A DNA stretch of 64,000 bases from Candidatus Omnitrophota bacterium (lineage in GTDB: Bacteria; Omnitrophota; Gorgyraeia; Gygaellales; Profunditerraquicolaceae). The notes under the pieces are model-generated. The model ran no database searches and was not told the origin of the DNA. It saw only the letters and a list, made by a program, of their open reading frames with translations. The DNA lies in contig JAUYDL010000029.1 in NCBI GenBank assembly GCA_030691865.1, positions 4,721-68,720 of the forward strand. Reading direction: 5' to 3'. Positions 1-9,755 of this stretch are shown here, piece by piece; within the stretch, counting starts at the first letter, position 1; each line of letters begins with the position of its first letter. The position numbers and the translations under genes are program-made.

Positions 1-3000
1 ATCCGTCTGCTGCTGAATAAGAAAATCATAACGTTTCTTTAGTTCATCATACTCTTCAATCGCCACCAGATTAACCGTGCCGTAGGAATCTAACTTCCTC
101 TTTAATTCGCTGATCTCTGCAGATAACGCCTCTTGGTCTAATTCTATAAGCGGCTCTGTTAAAAGGCCTAGATCAACCTTATAAGCCGAAGACATCCTCT
201 CTTTAATCGTGGTATAGCGATAATCCAAATCCTTATCCAGCATCTCTAAATCATGCAGACGGTTCTTTATCTGATCCAATTGTTTACGGTCAGCCTCAAT
301 CTTTTTTACCACCCCGGCCGCGCCGTAAGATACCTCATTATACTTAAGCTCAATTTCCTCCAGGGAAGTTTTTTTCTGCTCTATCTGGATTTGGCCTTGT
401 TTATTCGTATTCTGACATTCCGTAATTTCAACCTTTAAAATCTCCTGGCGCTCTTTGGCCTCGCTAATCTGCCGCTGGATATTTTCCAGGCTCGCCTTAT
501 CCTGCGCATAAGTTTGATCTAGGATCTTTAAAGTTGCCGCATCAGAACTAAAACGCCTATTCAGAGCTTCAATTTCAGTCTTAGTTTGGGTAATAAAAAC
601 TAAAACCTCCTCGCGTAACTTACTATTTAAAGAGATGGCATCCTCTTCTTGCACGATTGCATCCTGCCTTTGCCTCTCTTGATTATTTAAATCCAGAAGC
701 TGATTCTGGGCGCTGTCCAAATTTTGCTGGATAGCAGAAATCTCCCGCGCTACATCAGCCAGCTCCATTACAATCACATCCTCTTCTTCTTTAATTTTGT
801 CAAACTGTTCCGCAATCGCAGTGTGGTGGGATTCTTTGTTAGCCAAAGCAATCTCGTAGTTACGTAACTCCAGCTCCAGGCCCGCAGACATCTTATTTAA
901 TTCCGAAATACAGGCCTGCCGCAGCACCATTCTATTTCTTAACTCACCGAGATTCTCTTTTAGCCTGGCAATCTTTTCATTAATTTTCTGCGTATCTAAT
1001 TCAATGGGCTTAGCCTCTCCGCTTATTTTAAAAGCGGCAGTGCTCAAAGCCAGACGATCCTGTAGACTTAAAGGCAGCTGATTCTGGATCTTTACCACCA
1101 GGCCCGTTAAATTCTCATTAGGCATTTTGTCCAGAAAAATGACGGCATTTGACGACTCGCCGATACCATCATATTTGCTCTTTAATTTCTCTAAAAATTC
1201 TTTATGCGAAACTAAAGTGAGCTTTTCATTTCCCAGGTTCACAATCTCTTTATTAATTTTCTCTAAATTTAACCCCTCCTGCGCAAGGCTTGCCTTGACA
1301 TCAGAAATCCTCTGCTTAAATTCAGCTACTTGCGCTGCCGTATCCTCTAATTCCTGAGTAACTTTGGCTAAAGCCTCTTGGGTAATTACCTTATCCTCAT
1401 AAACCTTGGCCTTTTCTATCCCCAACCTCTTTTTGCGTGCCAGAAAGACCTGATGCTTGGAATTAAAATCTCCGATTTGGTTATTGGTATTAGAAATTGC
1501 GGTTTCTAAATCTAGAATTATTTTTTTACATTCAGCTATTAAGCCAAGGGAATTCTTTATACTGGCGCCCAGCTTATCAATCTCCTCTTGGCTTCCTGCC
1601 AAGCTGGCTTGCTTGACTTCTATATTCTGCTTAAGGTTAGCGTACTCGCCACGAACCTGCTGTAATTTTTCTTCATCCTGAACGAGTTTAGCGGCCGCCT
1701 GGTCAATTTGCCCCTCTAAAACCTGGTTATTCTGCATTAATTCATCAATGTGTTGCTGATTAAAATTGATGTGCTCATTATTACGTACTAAACTATTTTC
1801 CAGATTAAGCATCTGGCTGCGCGCCTCCATCATCGCTTCCCCTAAACTTTTTAGCTCTGACTGACGATTGGCAATTTTTGCCTCTTGCTGGGCAATTAAT
1901 TCTATTAAAGAAGATTCCTCTTTTCCTAAATCCTTCAATTGCCCAACAATCCCATTTTTCTCTTCCAACAAATTCTTCTTATCCAGAGTGGCTAAATCTA
2001 TCTCTTTTAATTTTAATTCTTCAAAAACTTCTTTATACCGACGCGCTTTGTTGGCCTGGCGTTCCAGGGAACCAATCTGACGTTTGACCTCCGCAACAAT
2101 ATCATTTACACGCAAGAGATTCTGCTCTGTCTCATCCAGCTTACGCGTGGTTTCTCTCTTCTGGGCTTTATACTTACTTATTCCGCTGGCTTCATCAAAA
2201 ACCACCCGGCGGTCTTCCGGCCGGGAACTTAACACCAAATCAATTTTCCCCTGGGCAATGATCGAATAACTCTCCGCCCCTACACCTGTACCTAATAACA
2301 AATCCAGGATATCCTTAAGCCGCACAGTTGCTTTATTCAACATATACTCGCTTTCCCCTGATCTAAAAAGCCTGCGGGTAATAAGCACCTCCGGATTGTT
2401 CAGATTAAAAAAACGGCTGGTATTATCAAAAGCCAGGCTTACCTCGGCCATACTTAATGGCTCCTTTTGATCCGTGCCATTAAAGATAACATCCAGCATC
2501 TCAGAGCCACGCAATGATTTTGCGGATTGTTCACCCAAGACCCAACGGATAGAATCAAAAATATTGCTATTATGCACGACAATATCCTGAGCAACAAAAT
2601 TATGGTTACCAAATATTGACAAGTCATAAACCCATTTCGGAGACTTAATTTTCTTTATTCCCACAATCTCATCCCAATAAATATCCGAATTTGCCAGGCG
2701 CTTTAAATACTCAAAAATTGCCTTTGCGGCACCGATAATCTCAGCATGTTCAGATATTATACTTAAAGCTTCAAGCAACCCCTGGCGCGAAGGCAAGCAT
2801 CTATTTTCGTAATAGCTGGCTAACTTAGGTGATAATTTTCTAAATCTTTTAACTTTAAGCCCTGATAATTTGACCAAGATCTTAAAAATAGCGTTAACCT
2901 CAGGGATAAGGTCATGATTTGGATTACTCTTGCCCTGATAACTTCTTATTTGCGCCAATTTATCTGATTTTCTCCCCACAAAACTTAGTTTAGCGGCAAG

Positions 3001-4317
3001 CCTTTTTGTATTTTCATAACCATAAATGTAAACAGAATAGTAAGCTCTCTTTGTTTTCTTCTTCGAATTTGTAGCGGCTTTCATCTTCAGCCTGATTACT
3101 GAATTAACCCCTAACCTGAGTAACAAGCTGCTTAAACCCTGCGCCAGCTCCTTGGAAGCGGTTGAATACTCAAAATATACTGCATCTTTCGTGCAAACGA
3201 ATCCATCGCCTTCAAACAAAGCAGAGATAAAACTCACTACTACATCTTCAGAGCAACCGAATAACTGAGGCGGTATGACCTTTTCTTTTGATACGCTCCC
3301 AACCTTAAAATTAAAAGCTGCCTCAAGAAATTTAGCTAGCGCCGCGGAGAAAATAATTACATCGCTGGTTCCTCCGGTTTTATAATGGAACTCTTTTGCC
3401 TCAACGCCGAATCCGGCTTTCGCGCACCAGATATATTCATCCAGGATAGCCCTCTCTTCATTAACAAACCAAGCCTGGTTACCTTTATTTGACCTTCCTT
3501 CCGCGATTAAATAGCCTAAGAATTTCGCCACCTGAGAGTTAATTTCTGAAGGAATATTTATCCTGCCGCAACTGCGGGATTTCAAGGTTTTGGCAAAATC
3601 CGGGATCTCTTCTGCCTTGCTTTCAGTAAAAATCTGCATAAAATTAGCAACATTCATTGCCTGGCCTGACAATGCGCATTTAACCGCAAGGCTACCCTTT
3701 CCATTACTGCCAACAGCATGCTTTATAATAAATTCAGCAAATTGTTCAGAATAAGGTATATAAAGCAAATCTTCAGCTCTTATACTTTTGTAAATATGCA
3801 TTAAATCAAGCTTGTTATTTGTTTGGATATTTGGTAATTGACGCGGAACAGAAATTCTTAACCCCTTGCTTAATTCTTCAGCTTTAAGCTCAACCAAACT
3901 TCCATTTTTAATCGTAAAAAACGGATGGTAATGCGTAGTGGTAACTTTTTTCCCTGAGCGAGTCTGAATCTCAAGCAAATAATCCGGTGCTTCTTTTTTT
4001 ACAAAAGCAAAAACCGGTTTTGGCTCAAGTTTAAAAGTTTCAGGATTTAAAGAAAGTACGCGGACATTCAAAGGGTTTTCAAAAGAGGTATAGCCGTCTG
4101 TATTCTTTTCAACGCGAGATGCTCTTTCAATTGTCTCTTCAACAAGCTCTCCGATTTTAACCTGCAAGCCATTATCCAAAGTAACCAGTGAATCATACTG
4201 CAGGCACTTCCCGCAGCCATTTGGGCCGACTACCGCCGTAATCCCCGGTTCAAAGTTAATGGTAGTCTTATCGCAAAATGATTTAAAACCAATAAGCTCT
4301 AATCTTTTAAAATACAT
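1..4317 (-). CDS. smc: Chromosome segregation protein SMC, precursor containing an intein. The N-terminus is at 4317 and the 3' end lies beyond window position 1.
   Basis: Manual minus-strand translation from the ATG at 4317-4315, preceded by an AGGAGG RBS, gives MYFKRLELIGFKSFCDKTTINFEPGITAVVGPNGCGK. After the intein the extein resumes with SNIFDSIRWVLGEQSAKSLRG...AQGKIDLVLSSRPEDRRVVFDEASGISKYK. A long coiled coil follows, then ...GTVNLVAIEEYDELKKRYDFL at the window start. I found no stop in this frame, whose codon tops are divisible by 3. The ORF track omits it because it runs off the window edge. Confidence 0.85.
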   Translation of the reverse strand, partial: MYFKRLELIGFKSFCDKTTINFEPGITAVVGPNGCGKCLQYDSLVTLDNGLQVKIGELVEETIERASRVEKNTDGYTSFENPLNVRVLSLNPETFKLEPKPVFAFVKKEAPDYLLEIQTRSGKKVTTTHYHPFFTIKNGSLVELKAEELSKGLRISVPRQLPNIQTNNKLDLMHIYKSIRAEDLLYIPYSEQFAEFIIKHAVGSNGKGSLAVKCALSGQAMNVANFMQIFTESKAEEIPDFAKTLKSRSCGRINIPSEINSQVAKFLGYLIAEGRSNKGNQAWFVNEERAILDEYIWCAKAGFGVEAKEFHYKTGGTSDVIIFSAALAKFLEAAFNFKVGSVSKEKVIPPQLFGCSEDVVVSFISALFEGDGFVCTKDAVYFEYSTASKELAQGLSSLLLRLGVNSVIRLKMKAATNSKKKTKRAYYSVYIYGYENTKRLAAKLSFVGRKSDKLAQIRSYQGKSNPNHDLIPEVNAIFKILVKLSGLKVKRFRKLSPKLASYYENRCLPSRQGLLEALSIISEHAEIIGAAKAIFEYLKRLANSDIYWDEIVGIKKIKSPKWVYDLSIFGNHNFVAQDIVVHNSNIFDSIRWVLGEQSAKSLRGSEMLDVIFNGTDQKEPLSMAEVSLAFDNTSRFFNLNNPEVLITRRLFRSGESEYMLNKATVRLKDILDLLLGTGVGAESYSIIAQGKIDLVLSSRPEDRRVVFDEASGISKYKAQKRETTRKLDETEQNLLRVNDIVAEVKRQIGSLERQANKARRYKEVFEELKLKEIDLATLDKKNLLEEKNGIVGQLKDLGKEESSLIELIAQQEAKIANRQSELKSLGEAMMEARSQMLNLENSLVRNNEHINFNQQHIDELMQNNQVLEGQIDQAAAKLVQDEEKLQQVRGEYANLKQNIEVKQASLAGSQEEIDKLGASIKNSLGLIAECKKIILDLETAISNTNNQIGDFNSKHQVFLARKKRLGIEKAKVYEDKVITQEALAKVTQELEDTAAQVAEFKQRISDVKASLAQEGLNLEKINKEIVNLGNEKLTLVSHKEFLEKLKSKYDGIGESSNAVIFLDKMPNENLTGLVVKIQNQLPLSLQDRLALSTAAFKISGEAKPIELDTQKINEKIARLKENLGELRNRMVLRQACISELNKMSAGLELELRNYEIALANKESHHTAIAEQFDKIKEEEDVIVMELADVAREISAIQQNLDSAQNQLLDLNNQERQRQDAIVQEEDAISLNSKLREEVLVFITQTKTEIEALNRRFSSDAATLKILDQTYAQDKASLENIQRQISEAKERQEILKVEITECQNTNKQGQIQIEQKKTSLEEIELKYNEVSYGAAGVVKKIEADRKQLDQIKNRLHDLEMLDKDLDYRYTTIKERMSSAYKVDLGLLTEPLIELDQEALSAEISELKRKLDSYGTVNLVAIEEYDELKKRYDFLIQQQTD
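2569..4206 (-). mobile_element. Intein of 546 aa inserted in the SMC Walker-A P-loop, carrying a two-motif LAGLIDADG homing endonuclease.
   Basis: Block A reads CLQYDSLVTLDNGLQVKIGELV directly after GPNGCGK. Block B reads GKKVTTTHYHPFF. The LAGLIDADG motifs are KFLGYLIAEGRSN and FISALFEGDGFV. Block F reads WVYDLSIFGNHNFVA and block G reads DIVVHN, followed by the +1 Ser of the extein (SNIFDSIRW). I translated the full stretch codon by codon and found no stop. Confidence 0.8.
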
Positions 4318-4330
4318 GTTTTTAATCCTC

Positions 4331-4516
4331 CTAATGTGGTTGCGACTGCTGTCCGTCAAGCCAATCATCAATTTTATCTTTTTTAAAACGCCATTGCCCG
4401 ACCAGCTTTAGCGCAGGTATCTTATTATGCTTTAACCAGTCATAAATAGTCCGACGGGTAACCTTTAAATAATCCGCCAGATCTTCTATAGTCATTAAAT
4501 TACTATTTACCATCAT
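4331..4516 (-). CDS. Small HTH DNA-binding protein of the excisionase/MerR-like HTH_17 family.
   Basis: The 61-aa product carries ...TIEDLADYLKVTRRTIYDWLKHNKIPALKLVGQWRFKKDKIDDW, a typical excisionase-family HTH. It ends 13 nt upstream of the smc start. Confidence 0.6.
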   Translation of the reverse strand: MMVNSNLMTIEDLADYLKVTRRTIYDWLKHNKIPALKLVGQWRFKKDKIDDWLDGQQSQPH

Positions 4517-4723
4517 ACTCTCCGAAAGACCTCCTGAATTTTATGTTTGCATTATAAACAAAAGAATAATTTTTGTCAAGGAGAATCTTTACATTCTTTA
4601 ACATATGGATACAAATAAGTGCAATATAAGGCAGATTCCTGCAAAACATATCATTGAGCAGTGTAGACAGTGTACGTAACCCTATATTCATCAGTTAGTT
4701 CTGTAAGAAATACTATTCTAAAT

Positions 4724-4780
4724 AAAGGGGACGGTTCTATTTTTTGAAACAAAAAATGAGCAAAAAATAGAACCGTCCCC
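4724..4780. repeat. REP/MITE-like palindromic element, copy 1. It probably acts as an intrinsic terminator after etfA.
   Basis: AAAGGGGACGGTTCTATTTTTT-loop-AAAAATAGAACCGTCCCC, with T/A runs on both sides. It abuts the etfA stop at 4789. Confidence 0.8.
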
Positions 4781-4788
4781 ATTATTTT

Positions 4789-5991
4789 TTATTTACGGAA
4801 AGCTACTTTGAAAGCTTGAGTTAAAGCAGGAATGACCTGAAAAAGATCACCGACAATCCCATAAGTGGCTACCTTAAAAATCGGGGCTTCGGGATCTTTA
4901 TTAATCGCCACAATAATCTTTGAGGATTGCATGCCTACAAGATGTTGAATCTGGCCGCTTATTCCGCAGGCAAAATAAATCTTAGGGCCCACCGTGCGTC
5001 CGGTCTGGCCGACCTGATGTGAATAAGGTATCCATCCGGCGTCAACTGCCGCGCGGCTGGAACCAATTGCTGCCCCTAAAACATGGGCCAAATCTTCTAA
5101 TAGTTTAAAATTTTCCGGCCCACCCATTCCGCGGCCTCCGGAAACAATAATATCTGCTTCGGATAAATTTACCGTAGACTCAATCTCTTCAATAATATCT
5201 AAGAGCTTAGTCCGCGAAAAATAAAGCGCTTGATCAAAACTTTCTTTAATAATTTTCCCCTTTCGTTTTTTATCCGCTGCCATCGGCGCAAATACTTTAT
5301 GCCTGACGGTAGCCATTTGCGGACGGTAAATCGGAGAAATAATTGTCGCCATGATATTGCCGCCGAAAGCCGGGCGTGTCTGCAATAAAATCTTTTTATC
5401 CGGGTCAATATCCAGGCCCGTACAGTCTGCGGTTAAGCCGGCTTTGATATTGATCGCCACGCGCGAAATCAGGGATCGGCCGATATTGGTGGCACCACAC
5501 AAGAAAATCTCAGGCTTATACTTCTTGACCAACTCCACTAAAATATTAGTATAGGGCTCATCCTGAAAATTGGCTAGCTCTGGAGCTTCCACCAGATAAA
5601 TATTATCCGCTCCGCAAAAAATCAGCTCATCTAACTGGTCTTCTAATTTATTGCCAATCAGAACTCCGCTGACGTTAGTATTTAATTTTTTCGCCAACTC
5701 CTGGGCCTTGCCTAATAATTCGTACGAAACCGATTGCACCCGGCTATTTTTCTGCTCGATAAAAACCCAAATTCCCCTATAATCTTCTACACAGGAATTT
5801 GGTGCTGCCGTCTCTAACTTCTCTAGCAGCACCGCGTTAAATATACAGGCATCTTGGCAAGCGCCGCAAAGAGTACATTTTTGTAAATCAATTACCGCCT
5901 TCTTGTCCATCATTCGGATGGCATCAAACGGGCAGGCCTTTACGCAAAGAGTGCAACCCGTACATTTCTCAATAATAATGGAAATCGGCAT
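4789..5991 (-). CDS. etfA: Electron transfer flavoprotein alpha subunit with an N-terminal 2x[4Fe-4S] ferredoxin domain (FixB-like).
   Basis: The N-terminus holds CTGCTLCVKACP and CTLCGACQDAC cysteine clusters. The ETF alpha FAD-binding C-terminus follows (...GISGQIQHLVGMQSSKIIVAINKDPEAPIF). Confidence 0.85.
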   Translation of the reverse strand: MPISIIIEKCTGCTLCVKACPFDAIRMMDKKAVIDLQKCTLCGACQDACIFNAVLLEKLETAAPNSCVEDYRGIWVFIEQKNSRVQSVSYELLGKAQELAKKLNTNVSGVLIGNKLEDQLDELIFCGADNIYLVEAPELANFQDEPYTNILVELVKKYKPEIFLCGATNIGRSLISRVAINIKAGLTADCTGLDIDPDKKILLQTRPAFGGNIMATIISPIYRPQMATVRHKVFAPMAADKKRKGKIIKESFDQALYFSRTKLLDIIEEIESTVNLSEADIIVSGGRGMGGPENFKLLEDLAHVLGAAIGSSRAAVDAGWIPYSHQVGQTGRTVGPKIYFACGISGQIQHLVGMQSSKIIVAINKDPEAPIFKVATYGIVGDLFQVIPALTQAFKVAFRK

Positions 5992-5993
5992 CT

Positions 5994-6776
5994 TTAATTA
6001 ACCTCGTCTTTGATCAACTCCACCAGCTGCTTAGTAATATCAGAAATCTCGCCCTTAAGTATCTGGCCACCGACTCTGGGCGTAGGAGTAAAAATTTTTA
6101 CAACCTGAGTAGGCGAACCACACAGCCCAATCTGTTGCGGGTCTAACCGTAACTCCTTTTGGGTAAGCGTAGTAATCTTAGCCGACTTTGCGCGCATTAA
6201 ACCTCTTAATGAAGGAATCCTGGGTTCATTAATCTCTTTGACTACGGTCAAAAGCGCAGGAAGCGAAGTCTGGATAATTTCAAAGCCTTCTTCCATCATC
6301 CTCTCTACACGCATTATCTTATCGGTTGCTTCTTCTATTTTCTTGACATAAGTTACCTGCGGGATATTCAAATGCGTGGATATTCCCGGACCAACCTGCG
6401 CTGTATCTCCGTCTGAAGCCTGCTTGCCGCAAATAATCAAATCAAACTCGCCCAGTTTTTTAATCGCGCCGGCCAAAGTATAGCTGGTTGCCCAGGTATC
6501 ACTTCCGGCAAAAGCACGGTCACAAACTAAATATCCTTCATCAGCCCCCAGGGAAATTGCTTCGCGCAAAGCGCTATCCGCTTGCGGCGGCCCCATTGTC
6601 AGAACAGAAACCTTACCCCCGAATCTTTCCTTAAGCCGGATAGCCTCTTCAATGGCATACATATCAAAAGGATTGATAATCGACTTAACCCCTTCGCGTA
6701 TCAGCGTATTGGTTTCAGGATTGATTCTTACTTCGGTAGTCTCAGGAACTTGTTTGATACAAACGATAATATGCAT
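5994..6776 (-). CDS. etfB: Electron transfer flavoprotein beta subunit.
   Basis: MHIIVCIKQVPETTEVRINPETNTLIREGVKSIINPFDMYAIEEAIRLKE is the classic EtfB N-terminus. Confidence 0.85.
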   Translation of the reverse strand: MHIIVCIKQVPETTEVRINPETNTLIREGVKSIINPFDMYAIEEAIRLKERFGGKVSVLTMGPPQADSALREAISLGADEGYLVCDRAFAGSDTWATSYTLAGAIKKLGEFDLIICGKQASDGDTAQVGPGISTHLNIPQVTYVKKIEEATDKIMRVERMMEEGFEIIQTSLPALLTVVKEINEPRIPSLRGLMRAKSAKITTLTQKELRLDPQQIGLCGSPTQVVKIFTPTPRVGGQILKGEISDITKQLVELIKDEVN

Positions 6777-6795
6777 AGATCCTTCGTCGTTCTTC

Positions 6796-6829
6796 GGGGA
6801 CGGTTCTCTTAAAAAAGAGAACCGTCCCC
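6796..6829. repeat. REP-like element, copy 2, a short-loop variant lying between bcd and etfB.
   Basis: GGGGACGGTTCTCTTAAAAAAGAGAACCGTCCCC, located inside the bcd-etfBA gene string. Confidence 0.75.
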
Positions 6830-6834
6830 TGATT

Positions 6835-7986
6835 TTATTTAACCATCTCCTTAATCAACTTCAAGGCAATAATCCCGCGTTGCACCTGATTGGTACCCTC
6901 ATAAATCTGGGTAATTTTAGCATCCCGCACATATTTTTCAATCGGATAATCCTTCATGTAACCATAACCGCCGAATAACTGCAAGGCATCCACCGTAACC
7001 TTCATCGCCACATCCGAAGCATACATCTTAGCCATGGCTGATTCTTTAGCCACATCCTTGACTCCGGCATCCACCATTCTAGCAGTAGCATAAACTAAAC
7101 CGCGCGCTGCCTCAACTTCCGTAGCCATATCCGCCAGCATCCATTGAATCCCCTGGAAACTAGAGATAGGTTTACCAAACTGCACTCTTTCATGCACATA
7201 TTTAACCGCCAGTTCCAGAGCTCCTTGAGCAATACCTAATGCCTGGGCAGCTACTCCAGGCCGCGACATATCAAAAGTCCTCATGGTAACAATAAAACCC
7301 ATCCCTTCCTTAGCCAATAAATTTTCCGCAGGAATTTTACAATCCGTAAAAATTAACTCTCGTGTACTTGATGCGCGGATTCCGAATTTATCTTCTTTTT
7401 TGCCAAAACCAAAACCCGGGGTGCCCTTTTCTACGATAAACGCCGAAGCCCCGCGCGCCCCTTTGTTCTTATCCGTCATGGCAATGACCACGTAAGTCTC
7501 AGCATCGCCACCATTGGTAATAAAATGCTTTAAACCATTTAGAATATAATGGTCACCTACTTTTTTAGCGGTAGTCTTAATTGCTGAAGCGTCGCTTCCG
7601 GCTTCCGGTTCAGTAATAGCAAAAGCCGCAACTTTTTTACCACTAGCTAAAGCCGGCAAATATTTTTTCTTCTGTTCAACGGTACCGAATAGGACAATCG
7701 GAAACGTTCCCAAAGCACTAGCAGCATAGCAGACCGCAATACCACCGCAAGCGCGAGAAAATTCTTCAGTGGCTAAACATAAGTTAAATACGCTAGTCGC
7801 AAATCCGCCATACTCCTGGGGAACAAACAGGCCGAACATATCCGACTCAGCCATCACCTTCAACACCTCCCAGGGGTATTCTTCGCTGATATCATATTTA
7901 GCCGCAACCGGACGAATCTTCTCTTCGGCGATCTTATGCGCCAAATCCTTGATCATTTTCTGTTCTTCAGTCAACAAATAATCCAT
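6835..7986 (-). CDS. bcd: Acyl-CoA (butyryl-CoA) dehydrogenase.
   Basis: 383 aa with MDYLLTEEQKMIKDLAHKIAEEKIRPVAAKYD... and ...QIYEGTNQVQRGIIA at the C-terminus, an ACAD-family protein. Confidence 0.85.
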   Translation of the reverse strand: MDYLLTEEQKMIKDLAHKIAEEKIRPVAAKYDISEEYPWEVLKVMAESDMFGLFVPQEYGGFATSVFNLCLATEEFSRACGGIAVCYAASALGTFPIVLFGTVEQKKKYLPALASGKKVAAFAITEPEAGSDASAIKTTAKKVGDHYILNGLKHFITNGGDAETYVVIAMTDKNKGARGASAFIVEKGTPGFGFGKKEDKFGIRASSTRELIFTDCKIPAENLLAKEGMGFIVTMRTFDMSRPGVAAQALGIAQGALELAVKYVHERVQFGKPISSFQGIQWMLADMATEVEAARGLVYATARMVDAGVKDVAKESAMAKMYASDVAMKVTVDALQLFGGYGYMKDYPIEKYVRDAKITQIYEGTNQVQRGIIALKLIKEMVK

Positions 7987-8085
7987 CTCTCCTCCTCATT
8001 GTTAAACCCTAAATTCTAAACTCTTCCCGCTAAAGCAGGAAGGGTTTCGAGTTTAGGGTTTAAATTTTAACATATAAATTTGTTT

Positions 8086-8535
8086 TTACAAGGATTTTAA
8101 CAGCGCAATCTCTTGGCAGTTGGGGAATTTACAACAGTTAATGCACTCCGCCCAAATCTTATGCGGGAGAGCCTCATGCTTAATCTTTTTAAAACCTATT
8201 TTTTTAAAAAAATCCGGCTTATAAGTGAGCACAAAGATCTTTTTTGCCCCCATCAGGCGAGCTTCGGCAAGACAGGCCGAAACCAAATCATGCCCCAAAC
8301 CCTTTCCTTGCTTATTTTTAGCAACGGCTAAAGACTTAATCTCCGCTAAATCATCCCAGGAAATATGCAAGGCAGCGCAGCCGGATATCTTGCCCCTATC
8401 TTCATAAACCCAAAAATCGCGGATATTCTCATAAAGCTCATTGAGCGAACGCGGCAACATCACATCCTGCTTGGCAAAATAGCCAATCAGCTCTTGAATT
8501 TGTTTAATATCTTTTATTCTGGCTTTTCGGATCAT
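8086..8535 (-). CDS. GNAT-family N-acetyltransferase (small, ArgA-like).
   Basis: 149 aa with the GNAT core ...AVAKNKQGKGLGHDLV.... It overlaps the glgC start by 4 nt. Confidence 0.6.
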   Translation of the reverse strand: MIRKARIKDIKQIQELIGYFAKQDVMLPRSLNELYENIRDFWVYEDRGKISGCAALHISWDDLAEIKSLAVAKNKQGKGLGHDLVSACLAEARLMGAKKIFVLTYKPDFFKKIGFKKIKHEALPHKIWAECINCCKFPNCQEIALLKSL

Positions 8536-9755
8536 TTGATTTCCGTGCCTTTGGCCACCACAACAATTCCCGATTCACTGACAAAAAACTTCTTCTTATC
8601 TTCTTCCAAATTAAAACCAATAACCATTCCCTGCGGTATACTCACATCTTTATCAATAATCGCCCGTTTAATTTTAGCGTGCCTGCCTACATTAACACTC
8701 TCCATTAAAATTGAATCATAGACCTCAGAGAAACTATTGATCCGGACATTCGGTGACAGTATGGAACGCTGCACCCGGCCGCCGGAAACTACGCAACCCT
8801 CCGAAACTATGGAATCAAGCACCAACCCCACCCTTCCTTCTTCTTTCTCTCCGGAGTGCACTGTTTTTACCGGAGGATACTGTTCCTGGAAGGTTCGAAT
8901 TAACCACTCCTGATCATAAAGATTAAACGTAGGATTAACCTGGATTAACTCCATATTTGCCTCGTAATAAGCATCAATGGTCCCGATATCCCGCCAATAC
9001 TCCTGGCTCTTATCCTTATTACGAAAATTATAAGCCGAGATCTTCATCCCTTTTTTTAACATCTGCGGGATAATATCTTTGCCAAAATCATGCGAGGATT
9101 TGCTATTCTTAGCATCCTCCAATAATTCCTGCATTAGTACCTTCTGATTAAATACATAAATCCCCATTGAGCCAAAAATCTTATCCGGTTTTCCGGGAAT
9201 AGTTTTAGGATTTGCCGGCTTTTCCTGAAAACCGGTAACCCGGCCCTGAGCATCTGCATCCACCACGCCCAGATGTTTAGATTTAGACTTATCGATCTCA
9301 ACCACCCCCACCGTCAGATCCGCGTTTTGCTCACGGTGCACATCGATCATAGAATAATAATTCATTTTATAGATATGGTCGCCGGCTAAAATCAAAACCT
9401 CATCCGGACGGTCCATTTCTAAAGTATAAAGATTCTGATAAATCGCATCCGCAGTGCCCATGTACCAGGAATCTCCGATACGCTGCTGCGCGGGAAGCAG
9501 CTCGATAAACTGGCCTAGTTCCGAAGGAAGAAAATTCCAACCCAAACGGATATGTTTTTGCAAGGAAGCGGATTTATACTGGGTAAGGATATAAATCTTG
9601 CGCATCCCTGAATTAATACAGTTACTTAAAGTAAAATCAATAATCCGGTAAATGCCCCCAAAAGGAACTGCAGACTTAGTGCGGTCTTTGGTTAAAGGCA
9701 ACAGCCGCTCGCCTTTTCCACCGGCCATAATAAAGGTTAAAACTTTACGCATCAT
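8532..9755 (-). CDS. glgC: Glucose-1-phosphate adenylyltransferase.
   Basis: The N-terminus reads LTFIMAGGKGERLLPLTKDRTKSAVPFGGIYRIIDFTLSNCINSG. Confidence 0.85.
   Translation of the reverse strand: MMRKVLTFIMAGGKGERLLPLTKDRTKSAVPFGGIYRIIDFTLSNCINSGMRKIYILTQYKSASLQKHIRLGWNFLPSELGQFIELLPAQQRIGDSWYMGTADAIYQNLYTLEMDRPDEVLILAGDHIYKMNYYSMIDVHREQNADLTVGVVEIDKSKSKHLGVVDADAQGRVTGFQEKPANPKTIPGKPDKIFGSMGIYVFNQKVLMQELLEDAKNSKSSHDFGKDIIPQMLKKGMKISAYNFRNKDKSQEYWRDIGTIDAYYEANMELIQVNPTFNLYDQEWLIRTFQEQYPPVKTVHSGEKEEGRVGLVLDSIVSEGCVVSGGRVQRSILSPNVRINSFSEVYDSILMESVNVGRHAKIKRAIIDKDVSIPQGMVIGFNLEEDKKKFFVSESGIVVVAKGTEIK

Noticed and set aside
4503-4691. 62-aa minus-strand ORF upstream of the HTH gene.
   Set aside because: It overlaps the 5' end and promoter region of the HTH gene and has no recognisable motif. 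It is probably non-coding leader or promoter DNA.
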